Notes: generated from the letters alone by a model not told the origin. A stretch of 64,000 nucleotides of DNA from Candidatus Poribacteria bacterium (GCA_965198175.1 OZ240245.1:4128001-4192000), one strand, 5' to 3'. Numbered from the stretch's first letter, positions 47,999-59,279 are shown. Numbers and translations: made by a program.

Positions 47999-50968
47999 AT
48001 GAATACAAAAGCGCGACTCAGCTATATGGTCGTCGCTGTCTATCTAAGCTTGTACAGCACTCTATTTGCTCAGAACCAGCAACAGATCGTAGAGATTCCT
48101 GATCCGAATCTCAGAGGTGCCATCAGGGAAGCCCTCGAGCTCCCCGACGATATCCCCCTCACACAGCTGCAACTGCTGCGCTTAGATGATTTGGACGCCG
48201 GCGGCAATCGCGGAATCACTGAGCTAACAGGCCTGGAATATGCCTCCAATCTCAAATCTCTCAGTCTATATCGCAACCCCATTGTAGATATCAGTACCTT
48301 AGCGCACCTTACAAATCTCGAAGGATTTAACCTCTGGGGGTGTCATATTGTCGATTTGACTCCGCTCCGTAACCTGAAGAATCTGAGATGGATCCATTTA
48401 GGAAATAACGAAATCTCGGACATTAGCCCGCTCTCTGAATTAACCAACCTAACCTACTTAGAAATAGCGCATAACGATATTTCGGACATTAGCCCACTCT
48501 CTAAATTAACCAACCTAACCTACTTAGAAATAGCACATAACGAAATTGTGGATTTAACTCCCATTGCGAATCTCAACCAGTTGGAAAAACTCCGCATTGC
48601 CGGTAACCCGTTCTACGACTATAGCCCTCTACTTGAACTTAAGGAAGTGGAACTGGACATCGAAGTAAATGAACGGCTCAATGTCATCGTAGAAGTACCT
48701 GACCCGAACTTAAGACAGTTGCTTCGAGAGAAACTGGCTCTGCCTGAAGCGGTGCCTCTCACACACCAACTGATGCTGCGCTTAGATGATTTGGACGCCG
48801 GCGGCTATCGCGGAATCACTGAGCTAACAGGCCTGGAATATGCCTCCAATCTCAAATCTCTCAGTCTATATCGCAACCCCATTGTAGATATCAGTACCTT
48901 AGCGCACCTTACAAATCTCGAAGGATTTAACCTCTGGGGGTGTCATATTGTCGATTTGACTCCGCTCCGTAACCTGAAGAATCTGAGATGGATCCATCTA
49001 GGAAATAACGAAATCTCGGACATTAGCCCGCTCTCTGAATTAACTAACCTATCCTACTTAGAAATAACACATAACCATATTGTAGATGTGACTCACCTTG
49101 CAACTCTAGTAAACCTAAAAACCTTGTTGATTGAGCATAATCGAATTGTCGATCATAGCACGCTTGACGCGTTGGATTTGATTGAATTTACACACGACGT
49201 ATGTTGCGAAGAGCCGAGACTGTCGATAGATGAACGGCTTCAGAACCGGGCGTTCCCCTCTGTCTTCGCTGCATGGGGCGGCATAGGATGGAGTTCCGTG
49301 CTAAATCAACCGCATCTATCAGATATTGAGCAAATGTCGCAACACGATTTATATTTCTGTTGTCTGAGTTTCTATCAGCGTTTTTTTAACACCGGGGAAA
49401 GTTGGGAGGTGCGCGGCACTAATGAGAGAGCAGAACAAATACGCGATGATTATCTTGCGCTTAATCCGAATATGATATTCCTTGTTGAAATTAGAATGAG
49501 GGAGTATCATCCATCGACTTTCCCGAGCGACTCACCATATTGGGTTAGGGATGAACAAGGCAATCCTATTGCGGGCTGGCTTAACGACTGGTTACTAGAC
49601 TTTACGCATCCTGACATGCAAGACATGATAGTTAATTTGGCGCTCGCTGTCGCTAAATGCGGATTGTACGATGGTGTCATGTTTGATTGGTGGAACGAGG
49701 ATTGGTCAACGCTTAATGGGTATCGAATAGTGGAGCAAGAGCGTGCTGCACGCCTCAATATCGTCAGACGGGTTCGTGAAGAGGCTGGTGACGAATTCCT
49801 CATAATCGTTAACGGGAATCGGCGCACCTTTCCTGTGACTGGACTTTATATTAACGGCACGTATATGGAAACGGGTCAAGATAATGAACATGGATATACG
49901 CACAAGGGGTTGACCCAGATTGAAAACACCTTGACCTGGGCGGAGGAAAACCTCAAAGAGCCCCGAATCAATGCGGTAGAGGGTTGGAGCATCGCTTCAG
50001 AACCGCTGGATAGTCCCACCAACTTGCGTTGGATGCGCGTGTTCACCACGATGGGACTCACGCATTCCGATGGCTATGTTCTCTATAAAGACGGTACTCA
50101 AGGTAAACATTATTGGTACGACTTCTGGGACGCCGACCTCGTCAGACCGGTCGGTGAAAAGGCGGTGCAATACGAGAACCGAAACGGACTCTTTATCCGA
50201 GAATTCACCAACGGCTGGGCGGTCTATAACCGCAGCGGCGAAACCCAACAGATTCGGTTATCTGAGGAGGCGATTGGTGTTGAGAGTGGGGAGCGGGGCA
50301 AAATCCACCAATTGTCCGACCTAGATGGAGAGATCTATTTGAAGGTTGTGAACCAGACGCCGTGGGACGTGAATCAGGACGGTGTTACGGACATCTTTGA
50401 CCTCATCGCCATCGCAAAGAATTTCGGGCAAGACATTCCGGATACCGATTTGAACGGCGACGGTACGGTCGATATCTTTGACCTTGTCCTCGTTGCCAAA
50501 CATCTAGGTGACTCGACGAATTCTGCCGCACCGGACATCGGAGCAAGCACACCCCCTCTCTCTTCCAAAACCGTTCACGAGTGGATTGATATGGCGCACC
50601 TTGCAGATGACGGCTCGCTCGCCTTTCGGCAAGGTATCGCTAACCTCAAACGCTTGTTGACTGTGCTTGTTCCCGACCAAACTGTTTTGCTCTCGAACTA
50701 TCCCAACCCCTTTAACCCTGATACATGGATACCGTATCATCTTGGTGTGGATGCCGATGTGACCGTCACAATCTATAATTTGCGTGGTGAGTTAGTCCGC
50801 CAGTTGGACTTAGGGTTACAGGAGGCGGGGTATTACGTAGAAAAGAGCCGTGCTGCGTATTGGGACGGGACAAATGAGGACGGGGAATCGGTCGCAAGCG
50901 GCGTCTATTTCCTTAAATTGGATGCTGGCGAATTTACCGCATCGAAGCGAATGGTCGTCGTGAAATAG
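47999..50968 (+). CDS. Secreted LRR + putative glycoside-hydrolase-like TIM barrel + dockerin + FlgD-type tail protein
   Basis: Signal peptide; two IPDPNLR-capped LRR blocks; [48 protein letters not shown] tail. Confidence 0.82.
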   Translation: MNTKARLSYMVVAVYLSLYSTLFAQNQQQIVEIPDPNLRGAIREALELPDDIPLTQLQLLRLDDLDAGGNRGITELTGLEYASNLKSLSLYRNPIVDISTLAHLTNLEGFNLWGCHIVDLTPLRNLKNLRWIHLGNNEISDISPLSELTNLTYLEIAHNDISDISPLSKLTNLTYLEIAHNEIVDLTPIANLNQLEKLRIAGNPFYDYSPLLELKEVELDIEVNERLNVIVEVPDPNLRQLLREKLALPEAVPLTHQLMLRLDDLDAGGYRGITELTGLEYASNLKSLSLYRNPIVDISTLAHLTNLEGFNLWGCHIVDLTPLRNLKNLRWIHLGNNEISDISPLSELTNLSYLEITHNHIVDVTHLATLVNLKTLLIEHNRIVDHSTLDALDLIEFTHDVCCEEPRLSIDERLQNRAFPSVFAAWGGIGWSSVLNQPHLSDIEQMSQHDLYFCCLSFYQRFFNTGESWEVRGTNERAEQIRDDYLALNPNMIFLVEIRMREYHPSTFPSDSPYWVRDEQGNPIAGWLNDWLLDFTHPDMQDMIVNLALAVAKCGLYDGVMFDWWNEDWSTLNGYRIVEQERAARLNIVRRVREEAGDEFLIIVNGNRRTFPVTGLYINGTYMETGQDNEHGYTHKGLTQIENTLTWAEENLKEPRINAVEGWSIASEPLDSPTNLRWMRVFTTMGLTHSDGYVLYKDGTQGKHYWYDFWDADLVRPVGEKAVQYENRNGLFIREFTNGWAVYNRSGETQQIRLSEEAIGVESGERGKIHQLSDLDGEIYLKVVNQTPWDVNQDGVTDIFDLIAIAKNFGQDIPDTDLNGDGTVDIFDLVLVAKHLGDSTNSAAPDIGASTPPLSSKTVHEWIDMAHLADDGSLAFRQGIANLKRLLTVLVPDQTVLLSNYPNPFNPDTWIPYHLGVDADVTVTIYNLRGELVRQLDLGLQEAGYYVEKSRAAYWDGTNEDGESVASGVYFLKLDAGEFTASKRMVVVK
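48174..49080 (+). repeat. Near-identical ~300-bp internal duplication (48174-48480 vs 48774-49080) plus a 66-bp tandem unit
   Basis: Offset is exactly 600 nt. Lines 48241-48360 and 48841-48960 are identical. Confidence 0.95.
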
Positions 50969-51057
50969 GACTGAATTCGGGGTTTTATGTAGTGAGCAAT
51001 ACTCACCTGTCAAGCTCGCAGCATATTGTGGATTTCTGGCGATCCGCTTTTTCACTC

Positions 51058-52155
51058 TCAAGCATCAATTGACTGTTCGTCCATTGGCAGAGGAATCACA
51101 TCTTCTGGATAGATGTAACAATCAATCTTCTCACCGACGGTTCTGCCCTCTCGCGCGGGATTGTATAGGCTCGCTTTGGCTGTGAGTTTGTCGGCGAGGG
51201 CAAGCTGGTATTCCTCGATGCGGCCTAGATAGGTCGCCTCAAGGACTTTCGCACTCAGTGGATTGGGAGCGTCCGCTGGCATTGCCTCGTCGATATGGAT
51301 GGATTCGGGACGGATAGAACAGAACACGTTTTCCCCATTGAAAAAGTCGTGGTAGATAGTAGCCGATCGAAGAATCCCTACTGCTGTCTCGATCTCAGCG
51401 GTTCCGTTCGACAGGGCGCGAATCCGACCTTCAATGAAATTCGTCTCGCCAATGAAGCTAGCAACGAAAGGGTTCGCAGGGGCACAGTAGACCTCACGGG
51501 GGGCGCCGACTTGTACGATTACCCCGTCTTTCATAATTGCCATCCGGTCCGCCAGAGAGAGGGCTTCTGTCTGATCGTGCGTCACGTAGATCGCCGTGAT
51601 GCTCGCTTGCGAATGAATCCGCTTAATTTCGTGCCGCATCTCAAGGCGCAACTTCGCATCGAGATTGCTGAGCGGTTCATCAAGCAGCAACACATCTGGC
51701 TCAACCACCAGCGCACGCGCCAAGGCTATCCGCTGTTGCTGTCCGCCAGAGAGCTTATTGACTGGGCGATCGGCATACTCTGGCATACGAACGACATCGA
51801 GCACCTCCATCACTTTCTCTTTGCGGGTCGCCTTATCAACCTTGCGAATGGTCAAGCCGTATTCGACATTCTCATAAACAGTCATGTGCGGCCAGAGCGC
51901 ATAGTTTTGAAACACCATCCCTGTGTTCCGTTTATGGGGAGGTACTTTATTCATGACCCGATCGCCAAACCGCAATTCCCCCACGTCGGGTGCGTAGAAT
52001 CCTGCAATAATCCGCAAGCAGGTTGTCTTACCACAACCCGATGGACCCAGCAGGAAAAATAGCTCGCCTTCCCGAATCTCAAGGCTAATGTCATTCACGG
52101 CGACGGTGGTATCGAATGCTTTAACAACTCGGTCTAAACGGACTGCAACAGACAA
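51058..52155 (-). CDS. ABC transporter ATP-binding protein (PotA/FbpC family)
   Basis: GPSGCGKTT, LSGGQQQR, LLLDEP, YVTHDQ, TOBE-like tail. Confidence 0.92.
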   Translation of the reverse strand: MSVAVRLDRVVKAFDTTVAVNDISLEIREGELFFLLGPSGCGKTTCLRIIAGFYAPDVGELRFGDRVMNKVPPHKRNTGMVFQNYALWPHMTVYENVEYGLTIRKVDKATRKEKVMEVLDVVRMPEYADRPVNKLSGGQQQRIALARALVVEPDVLLLDEPLSNLDAKLRLEMRHEIKRIHSQASITAIYVTHDQTEALSLADRMAIMKDGVIVQVGAPREVYCAPANPFVASFIGETNFIEGRIRALSNGTAEIETAVGILRSATIYHDFFNGENVFCSIRPESIHIDEAMPADAPNPLSAKVLEATYLGRIEEYQLALADKLTAKASLYNPAREGRTVGEKIDCYIYPEDVIPLPMDEQSIDA

Positions 52156-52297
52156 TGGACAGCTTCCTCCTGTTTACACAAATTGGTATCTTGACACCCT
52201 ATCGCCCGGTGCTCGCCGTTTGACGAACAGCTTGGACGTGTATGTTAGTTATGAGTTCCGTTGATTGTCCGAGTCTTACTACCCTTGACTTCACGTC

Positions 52298-53163
52298 TCA
52301 CTCTTGGCTTCTATCAAATTCAGACCGAATTAACTTGCCGATTCTACTAAATCGGATATCCCCGATAATCTTCCAAATCTGCCAAGGCTTTGTACGACTC
52401 CCTCTATCGTGTGACCAGAAGATCAAGAAAGCTTGTCCTTTGATGTCCTTAACAGACCTTGTCCTTTGATGTCCTTAACAGACACAGGTCCCCAGGTGCG
52501 ACTATCTTGACTCTGATCCCGATTGTCGCCCATCGCAAAAACGTATCCCATCGGAACGACAAACGGTTTGCCCATCGGGAATTTCATGTGGAACTGATTC
52601 CGCGATAACTTGTAGTCTTCAAACACATTGTCAAATTCTTCCTGGGCATCGAAGGTTGGGAACTTATCCATAGATAACATACCGCTCCTCACCCCTTTCG
52701 CGCGGAAGGGCGGAAAGTCATATGTGGGATATGGAACGTGCTTGGTGTAATTGCTATCGCCAATCGCTCGTCCGTTGACGTAGAGCTGATCTCCCCTTGT
52801 TTCTACCTCGTCACCTTCGACAGCGACAATTCGCTTGATGAAATGCCTTTTCCGCTCGTGGGGTGGGATAAAGACAAAAACATCCCCCCGCGCCGGTTCA
52901 TGGAAGTTAAGGAGTTCAATATCGGTACCGGGGACTTTAATTCCGTAGATGAACTTGCAGACCAGGATGAGATCGCCAACGAGCAGCGTATCTTCCATAG
53001 ATCCTGATGGGATTTTGAATGCTTCGACAACAAAGGGGCGAATAAACCCAAAAACAAGAACGAAGGTGACCATGATGACCTGAAGATACTCCGATATCAC
53101 GGTCTGCTGGAATCGCTGCCATCGTGAAAGGTTTTCCTTTGTGTCTGCTGCAGTTGTATCCAT
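52298..53163 (-). pseudogene. lepB: Signal peptidase I paralog frameshifted by a 26-bp tandem duplication
   Basis: Span is 866 nt, which equals 840 (intact copy) + 26. Removing one repeat unit restores ..IKGQAFLIFWSHDRGSRTKPWQIW..DRSQE*. Confidence 0.85.
52432..52483. repeat. Perfect 26-bp tandem duplication
   Basis: cttgtcctttgatgtccttaacagac occurs twice (52432-52457 and 52458-52483). Confidence 0.97.
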
Positions 53164-53221
53164 CAATACGTTTCCTCCAATGATAAGCAAGATATTAAAG
53201 ACAAGAAATCGGCTTCAGGTC

Positions 53222-54061
53222 TCACTCTTGGCGCCCATCAAATTCAGACCGAATTAACTTGCCGATTCTACTAAATCGGATATCTCCGATAATCTTCCAA
53301 ATTTGCCAAGGCTTTGTACGACTCCTGCTATCGTGCGACCAGTAGACCAAGAAAGCCTGACCCTTGATGTCCTTCACCAACACAGGTCCCCAGGTGCGGC
53401 TATCCTGACTCTGATCCCGATTGTCACCCATCGCAAAAACGTACCCCTTCGGGACGACAAACGGTTTGCCCATCGGAAATTTCATGTGGAACTGATTCCG
53501 CGATAGCTTGTGGTCTTCGAATACGTCGTCAAATTCTTCCTGGCCATCGAAGGTTAGGAACTTATCCATGGATAGCATACCGCTTCTCACCCCCTTTGTA
53601 TAGAAGGGAGGAAAATCGTGCGTGGGAAACGGAAAATGCTTGGTGTAATTGCTATCGTCAACTGCTCGTCCGTTGACGTAGAGCTGATCCCCCCTGGTTT
53701 CTATCTCGTCACCTTCGACAGCGACAATTCGCTTGATGAAATTCTTTGTCCGCTCGTGAGGTGGGATAAAAACAAATACATCCCCCCGCGCCGGTTTATG
53801 GAAGTTAAGGAGTTCAATATCGGTACCGGGGACTTTAATTCCGTAGATGAACTTGCAGACGAGTATGCGATCGCCAACCAGCAGCGTGTCTTCCATAGAT
53901 CCCGATGGGATTTTGAACGCTTCGACAACAAACGGGCGGATAAACCCAAAAACTAGAACGAAAGCGACGATGATGACCTGAAGATACTCCCATACCACAG
54001 TTTGCTGGAACCGCTGCCATCGTGAAAGATTTTCCTTTGTGTCTGCTGTAGTTGTATTCAT
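53222..54061 (-). CDS. lepB: Signal peptidase I
   Basis: IPSGSMEDTL, GDRI, FIKRIV, MGDNRDQSQDSR; GGAGG RBS before MNTTT. Confidence 0.95.
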   Translation of the reverse strand: MNTTTADTKENLSRWQRFQQTVVWEYLQVIIVAFVLVFGFIRPFVVEAFKIPSGSMEDTLLVGDRILVCKFIYGIKVPGTDIELLNFHKPARGDVFVFIPPHERTKNFIKRIVAVEGDEIETRGDQLYVNGRAVDDSNYTKHFPFPTHDFPPFYTKGVRSGMLSMDKFLTFDGQEEFDDVFEDHKLSRNQFHMKFPMGKPFVVPKGYVFAMGDNRDQSQDSRTWGPVLVKDIKGQAFLVYWSHDSRSRTKPWQIWKIIGDIRFSRIGKLIRSEFDGRQE

Positions 54062-54269
54062 CAATATATTTCCTCCAATGATAAGCAAAATTGAAGCTAC
54101 GATAATAATAACAAGAAATCGGCGTCCATGTAAGATGCGAGATGTGAACCGTGAGAGTTGAAGGACGCGCCTTGTCCTCACACGCTTCCATTTCTTCCTT
54201 TCGTTCACCTTTTCCAATGTGTACCGTCTTGTTGGTAATCCAGTATCAGATAGGTATCGGCAACATTCG

Positions 54270-54320
54270 GTAGGAGGGACTTCCTAGTCCCGATAAGCGG
54301 GACACGGATGTTCCTTCTAC
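54270..54320. repeat. GTAG-family REP doublet (REPIN-like)
   Basis: gtaggagggacttcctagtcccgat-aag-cgggacacggatgttccttctac: terminal GTAG/CTAC inverted arms plus internal gggac/gtccc stems. Confidence 0.65.
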
Positions 54321-54376
54321 AGCGAAATCCTACAATCGTCCTAAACTGTTTTTTTTTGACAGCGATATCTTAATCA

Positions 54377-56170
54377 TCACTCAATGGAAAGTATCGCCAT
54401 GAACGCCTCTTGAGGCACTTCGACGCTGCCAACCTGTTTCATCCGTTTTTTACCTTCCTTCTGTCGTTCCAACAACTTTCGCTTGCGCGTAACGTCGCCG
54501 CCATAGCATTTTGCAGTGACATTTTTGCGTAAGGCGCGAACGGTTTCTCGTGCAATCACTTTGTTTCCAATTGCCGCTTGAATTGGCGCGTCAAACATCT
54601 GACGTGGAATGAGCTCGTGCAACTTCTCGACCAATGCCCGTCCTCGAGTGTTTGCCATATCACGATGAAGGATTGTCGAGAGGGCATCGACCGCTTTGCC
54701 GTTGAGTAAAATATCCAATTTCACCAAATCCGCACGCTGGTATTCGCCGATGTCATATTCGAGCGAACCGTAACCGCGCGTCGCAGATTTGAGTTTATCG
54801 TAGAAATCAATGAGAATCTCGCCCAACGGGAGATCGTACAGGACCTGTACGCGGGTTTGATCGAGTTGATTCATGTGGATAAAACGACCTCGACGTTTCT
54901 GACACAGATCCATGACTGCGCCAATATAGTCTCTTGAAACGATGATTTCAGCAGTGATGTGCGGTTCATCGATGTGGTCAATTTTATCCGGAAGCGGCAT
55001 CTGGGCGGGATTGTCGACCACAAGGGATTCGCCATCCTTTTGGAAGACATGGTACCGGACGCTCGGCGAGGTGCGGATAAGGGACAGATCGAATTCACGT
55101 TCAAGGCGTTCTTGGATAATCTCCATGTGCAGCAGTCCCAAGAAACCACATCGAAAGCCAAAGCCGAGCGCAACGGAACTTTCAGACTCGAAGGTGAACG
55201 AAGCATCGTTGAGCTTTAGCCTTTCCAACGCTTCCCGGAGGGAGACGAACTCACCGGGGTCTGCGGGATAAAGCCCGCAAAACACAAGGGGGTTGAACTC
55301 ACGATAGCCGGGCAATGCTTTTGGCGTCGGTCTGTCCTGATGGGTGATTGTATCCCCAATCTTTGCGTCACCTATCACCCGAATTGCGGCGATTAGATAA
55401 CCGACTGAACCGGTTGAAAGCTGGCTAACCGGTTCCATAGTTGGCAAAAAGACACCGACCTCCTCCACTTCGTAAGATTTCCCGGTCGCCATCAGCCGAA
55501 TGCCATCCCCCGTCTTAACTGCGCCATCAAAGACGCGGATATACATAACGACCCCCCGATAGCTATTGTATAGCGAGTCAATCACTAACGCCTTTAGGGG
55601 CGCTTCGGTATCTCCGTCCGGCGGCGGAATGTGGCGAACTATCGCCTCCAACACATCTTGTGTACCAATTCCCTGTTTTGCACTGACCAAAATTGCATCT
55701 TCAGCGGGTATGCCGATGATTTCCTCAATCTCACCTTTCACCGAATCGGGTCGTGCGATAGGAAGATCAATTTTGTTGATAACGGGGACAATCCCAAGAT
55801 TCCGATCGATGGCAAGATACGCATTTGCCAGCGTTTGGGCTTCTACTCCCTGGGCGGCATCGACAATCAAGATTGCCCCGTCACACGCAGCTAAACTCCT
55901 TGAAACCTCGTAGGTAAAATCAACGTGACCGGGAGTATCAATCAGATTCAACTCATAGACTTCTCCATCTTTGGCGCGATACTCCAGTCTGACAACGGTT
56001 GCCTTAATCGTAATCCCGCGTTCGCGCTCCAGATCCATCAGATCGAGCACCTGCTCCCGCATTTCACGCTGCGTCAAAGTACCCGTGTATTCCAAGAGGC
56101 GATCACTGAGTGTACTTTTGCCGTGATCGATGTGCCCTAAAATGCAAAAGTTCCGTATTCTCTGCTTCAT
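54377..56170 (-). CDS. lepA: Elongation factor 4
   Basis: [42 protein letters not shown]. Confidence 0.98.
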   Translation of the reverse strand: MKQRIRNFCILGHIDHGKSTLSDRLLEYTGTLTQREMREQVLDLMDLERERGITIKATVVRLEYRAKDGEVYELNLIDTPGHVDFTYEVSRSLAACDGAILIVDAAQGVEAQTLANAYLAIDRNLGIVPVINKIDLPIARPDSVKGEIEEIIGIPAEDAILVSAKQGIGTQDVLEAIVRHIPPPDGDTEAPLKALVIDSLYNSYRGVVMYIRVFDGAVKTGDGIRLMATGKSYEVEEVGVFLPTMEPVSQLSTGSVGYLIAAIRVIGDAKIGDTITHQDRPTPKALPGYREFNPLVFCGLYPADPGEFVSLREALERLKLNDASFTFESESSVALGFGFRCGFLGLLHMEIIQERLEREFDLSLIRTSPSVRYHVFQKDGESLVVDNPAQMPLPDKIDHIDEPHITAEIIVSRDYIGAVMDLCQKRRGRFIHMNQLDQTRVQVLYDLPLGEILIDFYDKLKSATRGYGSLEYDIGEYQRADLVKLDILLNGKAVDALSTILHRDMANTRGRALVEKLHELIPRQMFDAPIQAAIGNKVIARETVRALRKNVTAKCYGGDVTRKRKLLERQKEGKKRMKQVGSVEVPQEAFMAILSIE

Positions 56171-56285
56171 GATCTGGATTCACGCGAATCGATGATGTCA
56201 AAGATATAGTGGCAGAGGCGTAAACGTTTCTTCATAACGTACTTTCTCCTATCAACAAACTCCTGTAGTGCGAAGACTAGCGGTG

Positions 56286-56846
56286 TTACGGTTCAACCAG
56301 CGGAATACCTTGTTCGCACATTGGGCATTCATCGGGCGCATATGTGGGAATATCAATTGTCGCAAGGGAAATCGTTGGGACGCCAAAATCGATCGGCGTT
56401 GCACTGCGGTCGATGATAAAGGCTGCCGCCATGACCTGCGCACGGTAACGGCGGCTCAGATTAACCAACTTGAACACCGATCCGCCGGTTGTTAGGACAT
56501 CATCAACGACGACAACCCGATCGCGGGGCTCAATTTTAAATCCCGGACGAAGAATCATCTCATCGTTGCTCTTATCGCCGAACAGCGCGCGTGTGCCCAA
56601 TGCCCTTGCCACCTCGTGAGCCAAAATCACCCCGCCGATGGCAGGACCAATCACAACATCGACAGCCTCAACCTTTACTCGCACCGCAATCTCAGCGCCA
56701 AACGCGGAGGCGTACTCCGGATATTGCAAGACAACTGCAGTTTGTAAAAAACGATCGCTATGCAGTCCGGATCGTAGTCGGAAATGCCCAGCCAGTAGAG
56801 CACCTGAACCTTGAAAGATTTCTAAAATTCGGTCTTGAGTGAGCAT
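56286..56846 (-). CDS. pyrE: Orotate phosphoribosyltransferase
   Basis: GHFRLRSGLHS, GPAIGG, VVDDVLTTGGS. Confidence 0.93.
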   Translation of the reverse strand: MLTQDRILEIFQGSGALLAGHFRLRSGLHSDRFLQTAVVLQYPEYASAFGAEIAVRVKVEAVDVVIGPAIGGVILAHEVARALGTRALFGDKSNDEMILRPGFKIEPRDRVVVVDDVLTTGGSVFKLVNLSRRYRAQVMAAAFIIDRSATPIDFGVPTISLATIDIPTYAPDECPMCEQGIPLVEP

Positions 56847-56968
56847 TATCGTAAAGCGCAATATTGTTGCGCAAGACACGCATTCTTGGAGTTTGTCTCC
56901 GATAGACTAAAAGACGTGAGCAGATTCGAAAAGATTAGACGCACAAGGGTCTCACCTTCGTCTCTTTG

Positions 56969-57706
56969 TCATCTTCCTTCGGACTGCCTAATCTCACTGA
57001 TAATCGCGTCCGCTGCTTCACGAGGGCGATCCGAGGCTGTGATTGGGCGCCCAACCACGATATAATCCACACCCTCTGCAATTGCCTCCGCTGGCGTCAT
57101 AAACCGCCGCTGATCTCCTGACGCTGCCCATGTCGGGCGAATACCGGGCGCAACAATCACAAAATCGTCACCGCATACCTCTCGAACCCGTCCAATCTCT
57201 AACGGTGAGGCAACCACGCCATCCAGACCGGCAGCTTGTGATAGCTCCGCGAGATAAGCCACCTGATCTTTCAGTTTTCGCTGCGTCCCAAAATCGCGCT
57301 GGAAGGTTGCCTCATCAATGCTTGTGAGGATGGTCACGCCTAAGAGAATCGGTGTGGGAATGTCCAATTCAGATGCCACTCTTTCGGCGGCTTCCCTTGC
57401 AGCACGCATCATCCGTAGCCCGCCTGAAGCGTGCATGTTAATCATTCTCGCCCTAATCATCGTTGCCGATGCGACTGCGCCCGCAACGGTGTTAGGTATG
57501 TCGTGGAATTTGAGATCTAAAAAGACCTCCTTTTTTTCTTCAATCAGCTTCGTGACAGCAGCGGGACCGGCAGCGGTAAAGAGTTGTTTGCCAATCTTGA
57601 ACGTCCCGACACAATCGAAAAGCTGAGTGACAATTCGACTCGCCTCCGTCAAACTATCGACATCTAACGGGACGATGAGTCTATTTTCAGGAATATTCAC
57701 ATTCAT
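56969..57706 (-). CDS. pyrF: Orotidine-5'-phosphate decarboxylase
   Basis: FLDLKFHDIPNT, VTILTS, PGIRP, GDQRR, VVGRPI; start codon uncertain. Confidence 0.95.
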   Translation of the reverse strand: MNVNIPENRLIVPLDVDSLTEASRIVTQLFDCVGTFKIGKQLFTAAGPAAVTKLIEEKKEVFLDLKFHDIPNTVAGAVASATMIRARMINMHASGGLRMMRAAREAAERVASELDIPTPILLGVTILTSIDEATFQRDFGTQRKLKDQVAYLAELSQAAGLDGVVASPLEIGRVREVCGDDFVIVAPGIRPTWAASGDQRRFMTPAEAIAEGVDYIVVGRPITASDRPREAADAIISEIRQSEGR

Positions 57707-57764
57707 CAATTGATTTGCATTTGTGTTTGAAAGCGAGTTCACCTCGTCTGGGGTTGTCGAGCCG

Positions 57765-59279
57765 TTATTCGCGGTAAACCTCCGCAATCGACTTGCCCGC
57801 CAGCACATGTTCGACGATTCGACGTGTGCTTTGATGCGCCGCCTGAATCTTAGCCTGCCGGGTTTCGATCTGCGTATCTATCTCGTTCAACTTCGCTTCA
57901 AATTCACCTGCCATCCGCTTAACTTCATCGGGTGATGTGCTCCCAAGGCTTTGGTAATTGCGGAGTGCACGCTTGGGATCGAGAATAGCTTGCAGTTGTG
58001 GAATTGACAAATTGACCTCTCGTTGTTGCAGCAGTCGTTGCGTCTCCTCCCAGTCTTGAAAAGGTTTGCCCATCTTCACCAGATCTCCAACGACGCCGCC
58101 AACAATCTCGTGACACTCACGGAACGCAAGGTCACATTCACGAACAAGATAATTTGCCAGCTCCGTCGCAGTTGCGAAGTTGGCGTTTGCTAACGCTTCC
58201 ATTCGACTCGTTTGAAAATCAAGTGTGTTAAGAATGTCGGGCAGAATTCCCAGACAGGATTGGATGATGTCAAAGGCATCCCACAACGGCGGTTTATCTT
58301 CTTGCAGGTCGCGATTATATCCCATCGGCAACCCTTTGAGGTTGGTCAAGTGATCCATAAGCGCCCCGTAGATATGACCCGTGCGTCCGCGTATCAGTTC
58401 GGCGAGGTCGGGGTTCTTTTTCTGAGGCATAATCGAGCTGCCAGATGCGTAGGCATCATCAAGAACAGCCATGCCGAACTCATAAGATGTCCAATAAACA
58501 AGTTCCTCGCCGAGTCGAGAGAGGTTCGCCATTAGCAGCGCCAGTGCACTGAGTGGCTCGGCGATGAAATCGCGGGAGCTGATGACCTCCAGAGCATGTT
58601 CATGCACCGAGTCAAAGCCGAGCAATTCTGCTGTCAAATGACGATCAATCGGGAATGACGTTCCGGCGAGCGCACACGCACCAAGTGGATTGACATTCAC
58701 GATTTCATAAGCTGCGTTCAAGCGCTTGTAATCGCGCAAAAACATGCTGACGTAGGCAGTTGCCCAAAAGCCGAGGCTGATGGGCTGTGCGTGCTGCGTA
58801 TGGGTGTAGCCTGGCATCACCGTTTCGGCGTGAGCGTATGCAACCGCTAAAAATTCGCGGCATAGACGAGACAAACCTCCCTGGGTTTGGAGGAGCTGCT
58901 CCCGAATGTAGAGGCGGGCATCGGCAAGGATCTGATCGTTCCGCGAGCGTGCCGTGTGTAGTTTTCCACCATATTCGCGTCCAGCCTGTCTGATGAGGTA
59001 CGACTCCACATTCATGTGGACATCTTCCCTTTCAGGTGTGAGACGGAACGTCCCGCTGTGGAAATCTGTTTCGGCGTTGTTTAACCCTATCAGGATGTGT
59101 CGAAGATCTACATCAGATATGATTCCCTGATGTGCCAGCATAATCGCATGCGCTTGACTTCCCCAGATGTCGTACGTAACCAAGCGAGAATCAACTTCAA
59201 TCGATTGCGTGAAGTTTTCAGTTTTAGTAGCGAGGTCTGAGCGGAAACGTCCGCCCCATAGTTTATTTGAGCTTTTCAT
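57765..59279 (-). CDS. argH: Argininosuccinate lyase
   Basis: LWGGRF, HTARSRNDQ, GSSIMPQKKNPD, YNRDLQEDK. Confidence 0.96.
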   Translation of the reverse strand: MKSSNKLWGGRFRSDLATKTENFTQSIEVDSRLVTYDIWGSQAHAIMLAHQGIISDVDLRHILIGLNNAETDFHSGTFRLTPEREDVHMNVESYLIRQAGREYGGKLHTARSRNDQILADARLYIREQLLQTQGGLSRLCREFLAVAYAHAETVMPGYTHTQHAQPISLGFWATAYVSMFLRDYKRLNAAYEIVNVNPLGACALAGTSFPIDRHLTAELLGFDSVHEHALEVISSRDFIAEPLSALALLMANLSRLGEELVYWTSYEFGMAVLDDAYASGSSIMPQKKNPDLAELIRGRTGHIYGALMDHLTNLKGLPMGYNRDLQEDKPPLWDAFDIIQSCLGILPDILNTLDFQTSRMEALANANFATATELANYLVRECDLAFRECHEIVGGVVGDLVKMGKPFQDWEETQRLLQQREVNLSIPQLQAILDPKRALRNYQSLGSTSPDEVKRMAGEFEAKLNEIDTQIETRQAKIQAAHQSTRRIVEHVLAGKSIAEVYRE

